Shown in pieces: positions 1-13,603 of a stretch of DNA of 64,000 nucleotides (the stretch's first letter is position 1; each line of letters begins with the position of its first letter). The position numbers and the translations under genes were made by a program. Under the pieces are notes generated by a model. The model worked only from the letters and a program-made list of their open reading frames with translations, searched no databases and was not told the origin of the DNA. This stretch comes from Octopus sinensis (taxonomy: Eukaryota), in the NCBI RefSeq assembly GCF_006345805.1, contig NC_043008.1:60698001-60762000 (forward strand), in the 5' to 3' direction.

Positions 1-142
1 GTCTACCAAATCCACTCACTAAGCTTTGGTCGGCCCAAGGCTATAGTAGAAGACACTTGCAGAAGGTGCCACGCAGTGGGACTGAACCCGGAAGCATTTG
101 GTTGGGAAGCAAGCTTCTTACCACACAGCTACACTTGCGCCT
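1..142 (-). mobile_element. SINE family A, 5' half (tRNA-like head and CORE-like segment), cut by window edge
   Basis: Reverse complement matches the head of the full copies at 5714 and 35683 (box B-like GGTTCAGTCCC; ...GCAAGTGTCTTCTACTATAGCC). Confidence 0.9.
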
Positions 143-2142
143 ATATGTATACACACGTGTTTTCCCCTAGTGGAAACTTATTGCTAGGGAAATATTCATT
201 GTCTTGTTATTTCACTTCGTGATCTTAAATTAAATATGAAATTATGAAATAATATACATAGAACATTCTTAACCCCCCACCTTATTTATTAGGTAGTTCC
301 AAAAACTTCTTGTAATTAATTATGTATAGCACTATTTCATTCTATTTAGAAATCCTCAGCATGATATAACTTCAAATGTACTCCTTATGTTTTTTTTTTG
401 AACGGAGACGTTGTCTACATGGAAAATTATAAGTAAGGAAGAGGAAGATCTGTTGCCATACACAATAACCGCGTCCAGAGTGTCCAACCAAGTGAAGGCA
501 TCATATCACAGCTAATATTTTAGCTTTGTGTACAAATGACACTCACAAATTTTGTTTGATATATTATTTGAGGGGTAGATAGTGTTTTGAAGCAGCTGTT
601 TCATAGAAGTAACTCGTTATTTAATGTAATTAGTAACTCTTCTGAAATATGATGTTTGACATTCGTCAACATTTCAATTAGATCGCTTGAATTCACAACC
701 ACAATTTTATAAACACGCTTTGCCCTATACCGGACATTTATTATGAGGGATATAATCATTACTGCATAATAGTTTGTGGATTAGAAATGCGAAGTTAGGA
801 AATAATGGAAGAGATGCATCGAATATATATATAAGTAAAGGCTAATTGCTGTCACAGTTTAATTTACGTGATGTAACATTTTGAATCACAAATTTCATAT
901 TTCATATTATAAACTGTCATGAGAGACTCACTAACAATGTACATGAATGGAGAAGATTTGGGAAAATATTCAGGAAATATAAAAGGTGTTAACTATGTAA
1001 ATTGTACAAATACTTATAAATAAATATGTCAAATTATTGAGCTTATGATTCAATAAAGTATGTATACGTGCGTGTGCATATGAGTGAGTGCTCACTTGTG
1101 TAGACGGGTACCTATAGTCATACACACATATTCAAAGATATATATATATATATAATTATATTTATGTAGATGTAGTTATGCATATATTTATGTATGTATA
1201 ATTAGCCAAACGTGACTCAAAATAACACGAATTTGGCTTGACTTTTCATTTTAGCCTATTATTTGAAGAAAAACAAATCCGATTTTTTCACAAAAATTTC
1301 AGTGTTTCTAATTAAAATATCTAACGTACACAGTTAAAAATAATTATTTCCTAATTTCTTTCTCTTAAATGCATATATCTTTAGCTTCTGGTACATAATT
1401 TTATATCTTTTTTTCAAAGTAAAACGTTTATAATAACATCTGTTTGCAATAGACCGAATAGACTACCCTTCCATCCAAGGGGATACTTATCTTACTTCCG
1501 CAATAAAAGGAGACTCAAGAACTGCATTACAGTGAAGGAAACACGTGAAAGCAATTACTGCATCGTGTCTTGTTCTTCGTTCCTCAAATGTTATTGGAAT
1601 AATATATTGTTAAACATTTGCTTTAATATGTTGACAATGTCGACGCTTCAGACAACCAATTAATAAGATATTTTCTGATGATTTAAAGTTAAGCTGGCCT
1701 TAAGTACATTACTTGCCATAGTTGTTATTCTTGATTATGACATTACTATTTTTCTTTTTTTCGTTTTCAAGAATGAGAACACTTACACCTGTTTTGCATA
1801 GATATTTCGAAATAATTTGCAATAAATATGTAAGGAACTTTCCAATGTTGTTCTCATCCAGTAAACATCAGTTCAAAGTTTGTTGGCGTTATTACTGAGT
1901 TTGACAGTTTGCCAGAATCTTTCACTTCACGTTCCAAGCAATTTGTACTGACGGAAAATTTATCTATTTTCATACAATCCTCTTAAAATAATGAGTGAAG
2001 AAGCGAGAGAAGCATTTTCTTTTTGTGTTTCCTTTCAGATTTGTATCAAGCCCCGCAGAGAAACTTGCTAATGATAAAACATACCAAAACAAATAGAAAG
2101 CGATTAAAAGAAACGAATACACACGCACACATAAACACACAC

Positions 2143-2144
<2 letters not shown>

Positions 2145-2200
<56 letters not shown>
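2145..2200. repeat. (AT)n microsatellite
   Basis: Perfect dinucleotide run; source of the YI-repeat ORFs. Confidence 0.98.
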
Positions 2201-2203
<3 letters not shown>

Positions 2204-2452
2204 AATAAACAGGTAAGTAAAGAACACTAAAATCAGAAAGAAAAATAGTAACATAATGAAGGGGTAAATTTAGGTAAACTGAAGCATATATATATCTCAA
2301 AGTACGCATTGAAATACGAACTTATAACCTTTAAGTGCTTTTTCACTACCTCCGAACAACTTTTCGCACCTTTTTATTCTTATTATAATCTATTTCCCTC
2401 TTTGCTTTTCTGCTTTCCTTTCACTATGTATGAATATGTGTGCATCTTTTCC

Positions 2453-2495
<43 letters not shown>

Positions 2496-2540
2496 GTCTG
2501 TCTGTCTGTATGTATGTATGTATGTATGTATGTATGTATG
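2453..2540. repeat. Compound (TCTG)n(TATG)n microsatellite
   Basis: Seen directly; abuts the 3' tail of a SINE A copy. Confidence 0.95.
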
Positions 2541-2547
2541 TTTGCAT

Positions 2548-2943
2548 CTTCATCTACTTGTTTCAGTCATTTGACTGTGGCCATGCTGGATTACCGCCTT
2601 TAGTCGAGGAAATCGACCCCAAGACTTATTCTTTGTAAGCCTAGTACTTATTCTATCAGTCTCTTTTGCCGAACCGCTAAGTTACGGGGGACGTAAACAC
2701 ACCAGCATCGGTTGTCAAGCGATGTTGGGGGAGGGGGATAAACACAACACGCAAAGATACACATATATATAGACATATATACGACGGGCTTCTTTCAGTT
2801 TCCGTCTACCAAATCCACTCAAGGATTTGGTCGGCCCGAGGCTATAGCAGAAGACACTTGCCCAAGGTGCCACGCAGTGGGACTGAACCCGGAACCATGT
2901 GGTTCGTAAGCAAGCTGCTTACCACACAGCCACTCCTACGCCT
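2548..2943 (-). mobile_element. SINE family A, full-length copy
   Basis: Head, CORE-like segment, central TA/CA microsatellite and 3' module (GAATAAGTACTAGGCTTACAAAGAATAAGTC...CATGGCC...CAAATGACTGAAACAAGTA) are colinear with the other copies. Confidence 0.92.
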
Positions 2944-3250
2944 ATGTGTGTGTTTGCGTTATTGCTCACATATAATGAAACAATTCCGAGATAAAAATAA
3001 GTTCTCTTCAATCGAGTCCTTGATATAGTTTTAGTTCCAATTTCTAACCAAGCCAACTCGATATTATGCGCAGTACTAAAGGCTAAGAAATAAGAAGTCA
3101 TAAATGCTTCTATCATTTTACAGCTTCTTTTGTTTGTACAACAATTCTTTCTTGTACAGATATTTCTGATTATAATGTTCAAATCATTAGAGCATTTTAT
3201 TCTCGTAGTTTTAGCAAGGAAAGTATTCAATAAAAGTGCTCTATGCATTT

Positions 3251-3253
<3 letters not shown>

Positions 3254-3300
<47 letters not shown>

Positions 3301-3350
3301 TGGTGTGTGTGTGTGTGCTAGAGAGAGAACGAGAGAGAGAGAGAGTGTGT
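3254..3350. repeat. (GT)n then (GA)n microsatellite
   Basis: Seen directly. Confidence 0.95.
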
Positions 3351-3739
3351 GTTTGTATAGTGAAAGGTATGTGTTTACATGTGTAAGAGGACACACCTGC
3401 ATTTACGTTTACAAGTGTAAAACCTTATATCGACTCTGCTGTACATTATATCTACAATGTAACTTAGCTATTCTATTTTCATAAGATAAAGGAACATATA
3501 GAAATGAATACAGTAGTTCATACGATTGACGAAAACCTTAATATATATAGAGATCTCTTTATGATCGGAAACCGAGACTGAGGCCAATTAAAATTTCGCA
3601 GCTGTACCGAGTGAAACATGTTTTGTTTAAATAAGAAAAAAAAATTCTCTTATCTGGTCAATCATCTTGCACATCTCCATTATTGAAGGAAAGCTAACAA
3701 TTGGGATGTGTGCACAACACAGCATCAACCCTCCCTAAT

Positions 3740-3794
<55 letters not shown>

Positions 3795-3836
3795 TAATAA
3801 TAATAATAATAATAATAATATTTAATAATAATAATA
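3740..3836. repeat. (AAT)n microsatellite
   Basis: Seen directly. Confidence 0.95.
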
Positions 3837-4490
3837 TGTTTCTTTACAAGCGCGATTTTTCTTAAGCGTTCTGACATAAATGTGGGTCATATACTTACTA
3901 GGTTAATGGATAAGAGGCGTTATGGTATTGACTTGAATTCTCTTAGGCCCTGGGTTCAAATCTCACAGAGTTTCGCTAGTAATTCCACTATGCAGAAATT
4001 TTAGAACAAGCACCACTCAACTACTGAAGCCAATATACTTAAAAGTCTTTATTTCCCATTTCACCTAGAAAAATATCTACTCTTCAACCAGTATTAAGCA
4101 CCAAGATAGAAATGAACTCGATCAGACGTGATCGGTTTATTCAGGAATTAGCGACTAACGTACAGTTAAATTTTACACAAAACTGCTCTTGTGGAACCTT
4201 TTATACGTTTCCTGTGGTGATTATTCCATTTCATTTATTGCATAAAGGATATTGAGAAAAAAATTACTTTCATACCGAAGCTTCCAAAGCCACCAAATTG
4301 AATAGGACTAATCACGCATATATGAATACATCCGACTAACTTTCATTACTCCAGTATATATAAGGCTTGTCAGCGCTGAAGAAATATTTGGCGAGATAGG
4401 TATCTTTCTCTCCTGTTTCTCTCTCTTATTCTCTCCTTGTCTTTAACTGTCTATGTATGTATGTCTCCCTAATTATATATAGATATATAT

Positions 4491-4538
4491 ATAGGTATGC
4501 GCATGTGTCTTTGTATCTACACACACACATATACATAC

Positions 4539-4583
<45 letters not shown>

Positions 4584-4593
4584 TTATATAATA

Positions 4594-4646
<53 letters not shown>

Positions 4647-4653
4647 ATATATT

Positions 4654-4723
<70 letters not shown>

Positions 4724-4860
4724 TATATATATATTATATATATTATATATATATATATAATATATATATATACATATATATTTATATAGGTATACGCATG
4801 TGTCTATGTATCTACACACACACATACATACATTTATATATGTATATATAGATATATATA
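4491..4860. repeat. Degenerate (AT)n tract lying between two copies of a ~55-bp direct repeat
   Basis: ATAGGTAT(G/A)CGCATGTGTCT(T/A)TGTATCTACACACACAC at 4491 and 4786. Confidence 0.9.
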
Positions 4861-5713
4861 TGCAGTGAGAGATGGAGACAGATGTTGTGAGACGGAGAGA
4901 GAGAGAGAGAGAGGCATAGAGATATAATCTTCAGTTCACTAGGTTCATGTTACGCCAAGATGTCATGTCCAGCCAGCAGCCATTCATTAAAGTGAAATTT
5001 GAAATACTAGTCCACTCAAAACTATCATTAAGATTCACTTTACTAAATATAGACTACTTCCATCAGCAATACCTGATAATGTAACGCACACACCTAAACA
5101 CATACGCATATATAGACACACAAGGAAACATATATATACACACAAGGAAACATATATATACACACACATGCACACTCATTCATACATGCGTATATTTATA
5201 TGTTGCTTTTACTAATTGCAGATTGGTCGCAACGACAATACGATTTATCCACTGTATCAGTCCCTTTTTTCCATTTCTAAGCTAATTAGAACTTCACAGC
5301 TATGTCCAGTTGGTTGTTAACATGTATTATGTATAATTATAGCTCTTTAGATCTTAGCCGCGAGCCGTAGGTAAAATGTACTTGTGGAAAATATCTCAGT
5401 AACTGGCACTATATTTTCTTTCTTTATTGATGGTCAACATTGCCAAGTAATGTGAATGATATTGAAACATCTAAGTTGCTTTGTCACACACAACCGCCAT
5501 AAACTCGAATAATTCAGGTTATGGATACTGTGTATGACAACGCTAGAAGACAATTTATATTCAAAATATCTGCAGCTGATATTTTGTGGTGTATTTTAAT
5601 GTATGTAGTAGTTGTTAGTATTTAGACCCATGTAAGCTCTAAATGATCACAACTACGATTAACGACTTTCGATCCATGATCACCCATCGATTTTTTCAGA
5701 ATATATTATGCAA

Positions 5714-6105
5714 TAGGCGCAGGGGTGGCTGTATGGTAAGTAGCTTGCTTACCATCCAGATCGCTCCGGGTTCATTCCCACTGCATGGCACCTTGGGCAA
5801 GTGTCTTCTCCTATAGTCTCGGGTCGACCAAAGTCTTATGAGTGGATTTGGTAGACGGAAACTGAAAGAATCCCGTCGTATATATGTATATGAATGTATG
5901 CGTTTATGTTTGTGTTTGTCCCCCAACATCGCTTGACAACCGCTGGTGGTGTGTTTACCTCCCCGTAATTTAGCGGTTCGGCAAAAGAGACTGAAAGAAT
6001 ATGTACTAGGCTTACAAAGAATAAGTCCTGGGGTCGACTTGCTCGACTAAAGTCGGTGCTCCAGCATGGCCACAGCCAAATGACTGAAACAAGTAAAAGA
6101 TTAAA
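5714..6105 (+). mobile_element. SINE family A, full-length copy
   Basis: Starts TAGGCGCAGGGGTGGCTGTATGGTAAG; ends GACTGAAACAAGTAAAAGA. Confidence 0.92.
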
Positions 6106-9059
6106 GGAGAGTCAAGAGTAACAGAATTTTTCTTTTTTTTTGAAAGGCGATACAAATGATATGAGAGAGATTTGGTGTCTATTTCTAACAACCTGGAAGC
6201 GGCTGTCTCACCGGTTCAAGAGAAGTACTGTGTGCTTGTAGGATACAATTTATAGCTTTTCTACGTTATTCCTGAGAAAGGGCACGATACTACTCATATC
6301 CTCAACATCAATCAGATTTGGCATATTGATAATAAAACTATCGTTTGAAGCCTGACGTTTACACATGCAGGATAAATTCTCTTAGGGCGAGGACGAAGAA
6401 TTTGTCCGATTTCTAGGAAAATTATGAATTCAACTACAGCAAAAACAAGAATCATTTGGCAGTGGTGCTGTTTATGTTTTTGTTTGTGTAGATACAATTA
6501 TTGTTTTTGTGACAATTACATATGAAAAGAATACTACATATGGCAATGCAGCCATTTTGAGGATTACGTAATACATAATCCAATTTATATTTTAAGCTAA
6601 AATATTGCAATTTGAAGACGTGGCTTTTTATTCCAAGATGATACCGAAGTTGTCTCTGGTGTTGTAGTTGATGTTTAACCCTAAGACAATCCAGAAAGGG
6701 CAGAATTTCGATTAAAAGCTTTACCTTAATCGCCAAACTGTTCTTGAAAAATACAACATTTTTTAAATGTGTCTTTCCTACTGAAACGATTAACTTAGAT
6801 TTGAAGGAGATTTGGCTACTATTTAAAGCAGTTGGTGTAACCACATTGTATATCACTTGGCTTAACCCTCGATGCCTTGGGTAATGTTTATATTGTTGAT
6901 TAACCCCAACTGAGTGTCGATCCAACCTCATGTCTTTCTTCTATAAAGAGAGAACCAACGGGAATATTATACAATGTATTCTTTCTTATGATTCTGCGGT
7001 GTGATTTGAGGGAAATTTTGTGGCTATTTCTACATGGCTCTGTAGTGCTGGAATTTGAACTAGGCAGCGTGTTAAGTATATATTAATTTATATATATATA
7101 TATTAGTATATATTACTTAATATATGTACTTAAGTAGTTACAGTTAGCGAGAAACAGATGCTTAGCAACGGTCCTGTGATCAAGAGAAAATATATTGGCA
7201 TATCAGATCAAATTCCTTGACTAACTAGTATGGTATATATTCAAGATATGTATACATAACACTCAGATACAGATTACTAACTTGCTCAAGGACAGCAGGA
7301 AATACTATGTAGTGTGTATATATACGAACAATACATTAAGTAAGTGGAATATAAACTGAAGTGTGACATGCAACACCATTAAATCCTACAAACTCTGTGT
7401 GGTTCCGTTGTTTAGACTCTTTATTACTATATGCTTGAAGGAATGAACGTATATATATCATCTTTCAGTTTTATTCAAAATACTGTGGTACCAAATTCTA
7501 AACGCAATAATCAAATGAATATACATAAATACTTCCACACATAATCGCACGCACACCCACACACGTCAGTATCTATGAATGTGTGTGTATATATACACAT
7601 GCACACACTCACACATACACAAACGATCTTTGTTAATAATCTTAGTTACTGAATGAGTCAAGGGCCAAAAGTTCCGTACATTAGAACGAAACTGCGGCAC
7701 TTGAGTTACTCTGAGTTTTTACAATTATTGAAATAAAACTTACATATACGCATGTATTGAGTTCCCCTTTCCTATTTGCCTCGCCAAATCTCTCGCGCTC
7801 TTTCATAATCCCATATATATATAGATGTATATGTATGTATATATATGTATGTAAGGAATTGTATATGTATAACGCTATCTGTGAGTGTATTTGTGTACGT
7901 ATATGGGCATGTATACATCACTATTTGTGGAAGAAGCTTTGTGTGTCTCTGGACCACCGAACACTGGAGGTCGGATAATAAGATTTCTCATGTGTAACCT
8001 AGCATGAGGAACAAATCAAAAATCGGATAGTACCGAAATAAACATCCAATACACCCAATACTACTCATAGCAGGAACGCAGAAGCATGATAACAATAAGC
8101 GGAATGAATCTGTTAGCGTCTACTAAATTGAAATAAGGCAGATGAATATGTAAGCATCGTAGTCGAAGGTGTTTTAACTAACGAAGACAGCAATTGAATA
8201 TCATCTAATGAAATACAACTGGATCCCATGAAACAGGTAAACGATTGCGTAATCAAATACCTGTATATATGAAGAACCATGTTGTATGGGAACGTTTGTA
8301 GTAATTGAAAAATAAATGTCAAAATGTACTCCATTTTGCTGACTCTATCTTTTTCACTTTCAATTATATATATCCAGATTTAGTAGTCAGCAACATGCTT
8401 TTATCACACTAACGAGATATGAAAAAATAGAAGGGTTACACCACTCGAAACAAAATATAAGCCAATAAGAGTAGGCAAAGTAAAATAAAAATGAGCAGAA
8501 GTATGAGATTTGGTTGCAGTAAAACATGTTAGCACGGAGGAAATATGAGATTATATTTGATTAAATGAAAGAGGCCAATAATATAAAAATTGTAAGTAAG
8601 GAACACCGAATTTTTACGTAACGACGTGTTTTGTTACGAATACTGTGGAAAGACACATTTAGGAATAATAATAACAGTATGTGAACGTGAGGGAGCGGTA
8701 GAGGTGAGAAAAGAGAGATAGAGCGAAAGGGAGAGAGCGAGAGAGAGAGAGAGAGGAAATATAATATCCACCTTATGCACAAAACTATATAGAAATTTAC
8801 ATATTGTGTATGTGTAAAATGTGTATTTATAATTATATACGTATGTATATATGCACGTGTGTATTTGTGCGTGTATGTTTGTAAAAGAGCACGTAATACC
8901 ACCTATAATGATCGTCGAAGAAGAATCTTAAACGTAATCCCTTTAATACACGCAAGAATATTTTGTGATGCGCTAACTCATCTTCCGCGTATGTCCATTG
9001 AAAATCATTATGCCCAGATAGCTGGACATGATAGCAGCGTAAAAGCATCATACATACAC

Positions 9060-9073
9060 ACATACAAACATAC

Positions 9074-9117
<44 letters not shown>

Positions 9118-9148
9118 GCATATATGTATGCATATATATGCATATATA

Positions 9149-9186
<38 letters not shown>

Positions 9187-9329
9187 TATATGCATATATA
9201 TGTATGCATATATATATATATATATATATGCATATATATATATATATATAATATATATATATATGCATATATATATGCATATATATATGCATATATATAT
9301 CATATATATATACATATATATATATATGC

Positions 9330-9360
<31 letters not shown>

Positions 9361-9410
9361 CTATATATATACATATATATATATATACAATATATATATA
9401 TATAATATAC

Positions 9411-9467
<57 letters not shown>

Positions 9468-9477
9468 ATATATATAC

Positions 9478-9508
<31 letters not shown>

Positions 9509-9611
9509 CAATATATATATATATATAATATATATATATATACATATAATATATATATATCTTATATATACATATAATATATATACATATATAATATATA
9601 CATATATATAC

Positions 9612-9666
<55 letters not shown>

Positions 9667-9695
9667 ATATATATATATATATGTATATATATATG
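9060..9695. repeat. Long interrupted (AT)n array with TATGCATA units
   Basis: Seen directly; produces many spurious YI/HI ORFs. Confidence 0.95.
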
Positions 9696-10272
9696 TTTAA
9701 CCATATTAAGATTAGTGGGCTTCACAATATCAATAGCACTTCAACTTCAATAAGTGCCGACTTTCTTCTTGTTTATCTTTGATTTACACGTTTCTCTTCT
9801 CATTCACACTCTTTTTCTCTGAAATATGAGGTTAATAAGCATAAGGGCCCTTCCTAAAAAGCTCTTTATCTGAATAGTGTCTTTTATCCAAGAAAGTCAC
9901 TATGCAACAGGCGGAATAGATTTTCAGATATTTCACCTTGAATAATGATGTGGACTCAGGTAATGTAAGTGAATTAGCAAGGAATTCTACTGAAAACTGT
10001 ATCCGGAACAGTTCATTTCTATTGATAAAATCCAATATGTGTATACCATCTACATATATAAAGGTGATTTAACAGACAGTCTGGCAACACATTTATTTGA
10101 AGATGTTACGAATGTTTGTTTTGCCTTTATTCAAAAACACAGTTGTATGTGTGTATATATATATATATTTATATATGCATATGCAGCTATTTCTGTATAC
10201 AAGTCTATTAAAACCTCGCCAGTAGTTGCTGAATGGTTATACAGAAAAGCTTATGTAAATAATTGTGTGAGC

Positions 10273-10328
<56 letters not shown>

Positions 10329-11051
10329 ATATATATATACAAACACATATTTCTTACACAGATACCCTTGCAAACGCATCTGTCTCTCTGTATGTGTGTG
10401 TGTGTATATATATATATATGTTGAATTTTCTGCTGCTTAAAATAAAGTATATATATATATATACATACATACATACACGTATATATGAATGTATATATGT
10501 ATATATATATATATACACAAGTTCATGTTTATATATATACATAAGTTCATGTTGATATATATATATATACACACACACATATTTGTATATATGTATATAT
10601 ATATGCTTCTTTATCAACTACGACTACCGTTGCTAATATAGGTACGCAGTTTTATTTACCTTACGTTATTCTTCCTGAGAAAATATGACCTGCTTAAAAG
10701 CCTTCAACATATGTCTCTCTGTAATCTATTATATTCCAAAAACTTAGCAAGTCGACCTCAATTTAAGTAGCTCGTACTTTTCAATAACAAACATATCCTA
10801 TTGTCACAAATGTTTTTTAGACTTCGTTGCGTTTTCTTCGGTAATATATTGTTCTGTGCAACAAACACACTTCTCTCTTTGTAAAAAACACATGGGTGAA
10901 GAAAGCCATATATGAATGGGAGAGTAGAGGTTTAGGCAAATAACACGATATCAGCATATAACTGACAATTATCGACATCGGTTGGGTGAACGGTTAAAAA
11001 TTTAATGCAGCAATACTTCCACAGGAGAACAATTCATGTGCTTGCCTGAGT

Positions 11052-11054
<3 letters not shown>

Positions 11055-11112
<58 letters not shown>

Positions 11113-11259
11113 GAGAGAGAGAGACAGACAGACAGATAGATTGATATATAGATAGATAGAATGATAGATAAATAGGCAGATAGATAAATATATTGAGAGT
11201 TAAATAGATAGATGAATAAATAGATAATTAGATAGATATGTAGATATATAGACAGGTAA

Positions 11260-11294
<35 letters not shown>

Positions 11295-11318
11295 TAGATA
11301 GATAGATAGATAGATAGG
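11055..11318. repeat. (AT)n, (AG)n and (GATA)n compound microsatellite
   Basis: Seen directly. Confidence 0.92.
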
Positions 11319-11357
11319 TCATTGCTTCGTAAATACATAGTTAATAATCTCAGAATA

Positions 11358-11580
11358 CGAGTCGGCGTGCTAGCAAAGTAGTTAGCACGCCAGGAAAATG
11401 CTTAGCGGTATTTTTGCGGTCTTTTCGTTCTGAGTTCAAATTTCGTCGAGGTCGACTTTTTCTTTTATCGTATCAGGGTCGACAATATAAGTACCCGTTG
11501 AATACTAGGGGATCGATGTTATCGACTTACATCCAACTCTGAAATTGCTGGCCTTGCACCATAATTTGAAGCCAACGTAC
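11358..11580 (+). mobile_element. SINE family B, diverged copy with type-2 tail
   Basis: GTTAGCACGCC...GAGTTCAAATT...GTCGAC...GGGGATCGATGTTATCGACTTAC, then TGCTGGCCTTGCACCATAATTTGAA. Confidence 0.85.
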
Positions 11581-11659
11581 CCAGATTTAAGTTTATAACT
11601 CTCACGTTTGTAACTTAACTTCTGAAACATGATGATCATTAGTGCCTGAACTAAAGACT

Positions 11660-11795
11660 GCAGTTTTCAATTTATTTTGCCCTTCATTTGTTGAGAATCA
11701 ATAAAATAAATACCTGTTGAGTACTGGGGTCGATGTAATAGACTTACACCCAACTCTGATATCACTGTCCTTCTGCCAAAATTTGAAACCAATAT
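11660..11795 (+). mobile_element. SINE family B, 5'-truncated diverged copy (type-2 tail)
   Basis: GTACTGGGGTCGATGTAATAGACTTAC...GCCAAAATTTGAAACC. Confidence 0.7.
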
Positions 11796-11865
11796 TCTTC
11801 CAATACAGAAATAGTTGTGTTTGATCTCTTGCTAGTATATTTCATCAAAAGCAATTAATGTAACC

Positions 11866-12106
11866 TATTTCTTTATTACCCACAAGGAGCTAAACACAGA
11901 GAGGAGAAACAAGGACAGACATAGGTATTAAGTCGATTACATCGACCCCAGTGCGTAACTGGTACTTAATTTATCGACCCCGAAAGGATGAAAGGCAAAG
12001 TCGACCTCGGCGGAATTTGAACTCACAACGTAACGCAGACGAAATACCGCTAATCATTTCGCCCGGCGTGCTAACGTTTCTGCCAGCTCGCCGCCTTTAC
12101 ATTAAC
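11866..12106 (-). mobile_element. SINE family B monomer (type-1 tail) with 14-bp TSD
   Basis: Head AAGGCGGCGAGCTGGCAGAAACGTTAGC ends at 12097; identical CAATTAATGTAACC at 11852-11865 and 12107-12120. The central TTTCATCCTTTCGGGGTCGATAAATTAAGTACCAG resembles the Meta-SINE domain as I recall it (not checked). Confidence 0.95.
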
Positions 12107-13353
12107 CAATTAATGTAACCAAATGTATGTTGTTAAACTTTTAACATACAAACACGTGAGTTTGTATACATATCTGCCTCTGTACCAACCCTGAAACAAT
12201 GCTGCCCTCTAACTACGTTGAACGATTTGGTCTTTTTTCTGTTTTTTTAAGGTCATCCATATGTGCAGGCAAATATGTTGACTCCCCCACAACTTGACTA
12301 TTCTTAGGGGTTATTTAACTTAGAATCTTGGTGTTTGTGTTACATTACACTTTTCAATTCAGTTACAGAAAATGATCAAATGTTGAAATGTGACTAAACG
12401 AAAAATTGAATAAGCTTGAGGGAAGATCTCGCTATTATTTCTTGTGTGTTATTAAAATGATAATGAATTGTGTGAGCGTTTTCTGATTTTTTCCATTTGC
12501 TAATTTTGAAATTGCTAATGAAAGTTTAATTGCTGCCATCGTACAGAGACTAATTGATTCACAAAAGGTTATTTCTTAAATGCCTCCTGCAACAATAATT
12601 TATCAATCCATTTAACATTATATCTAACCTTAATGTCATTTTTTCTCTGTCTCTTTATATATACCCCTTTTCTGTAAATGTATATGTATATTATATATAC
12701 CAGTTGAAATGGCATGTATTTGGACTACAAAATGGAAGAGCATATAGTAAAGAACAAAAGACAACTTTTTATTTTATCAAAAATCTGTTTTTAGAGCAGA
12801 TAAAAATAACCACCTTTTGGCAAATGTGTCTAACTCCTAATGAAAAAGGGGTACAGCTATAAAGAATCACAAGTTCTCCAAAGCTGACAGGTCACTTAAA
12901 AAAGGATCTGTGTTTACGGAGCAAAATGGGCAGCTGTGGACACATTTTTCCACTTCAGTATTTATCAAAAGTACGTCCAATGAAATATTTATTACATTCA
13001 ATAAAACATTGGGGTTCAAACCTCATTCTGAGTCCTTTATCTTGCATATCTTCGCTACTATTCTGTAAACAGGTGGCAACAGGACTTCATCCCGAAACAA
13101 ACCAATGAAGAAAACCTCATAACATTCAAACGATATTTGGGCAAATTCCACTAACATATACCACACACACATCCTTTAGCCGTATAAAATTCGGCAACAA
13201 TACCCGATTCTAGACAGAAATAATTTTAACACTAGTAAATCTCTCTCTCTCTCTTTCACTCTCTACCTATCTATCTAACTATCTGTCTGTCTGTCTATCT
13301 ATTTATCTATATACATACACACACACATATATGTATGCATGTAGGTATGTATA

Positions 13354-13490
13354 TAGTTGAAATTTATATAAAAACAAAAGACGAAGACAGGCGTATGAAC
13401 AATAAGCAAGAATATTAGTTTGACACTCGGGAAAAATGAAGAAGTCTTTCACATTTCGAGCCTACGCTCTTTAACAGAAAGGAACAGGAG
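13354..13490 (-). mobile_element. Short repeat family G with degenerate hammerhead-like core
   Basis: Homologous to 41221-41350 (CCTGTCTTCGTCTTT...AAATTTCAACTA end). Minus strand reads CUGUUAA-A-GAGC-GUAG-GCUC-GAAAUGUG-AAAG. Confidence 0.7.
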
Positions 13491-13546
13491 GAAATAAACA
13501 AACAGAGAATGAAGAAAACTAGTAGATTTCAGCAGTTCAACTTGGC

Positions 13547-13603
<57 letters not shown>

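Noticed and set aside
6841-6900. PHCISLGLTLDALGNVYIVD, resembling an NHL repeat
   Set aside because: Bounded by stops on both sides, no second repeat in any frame, and adjacent to an orphan repeat motif; probably chance.
6452-6931. 159-aa minus-strand ORF, the longest non-repeat ORF
   Set aside because: No recognisable motif or splice structure.
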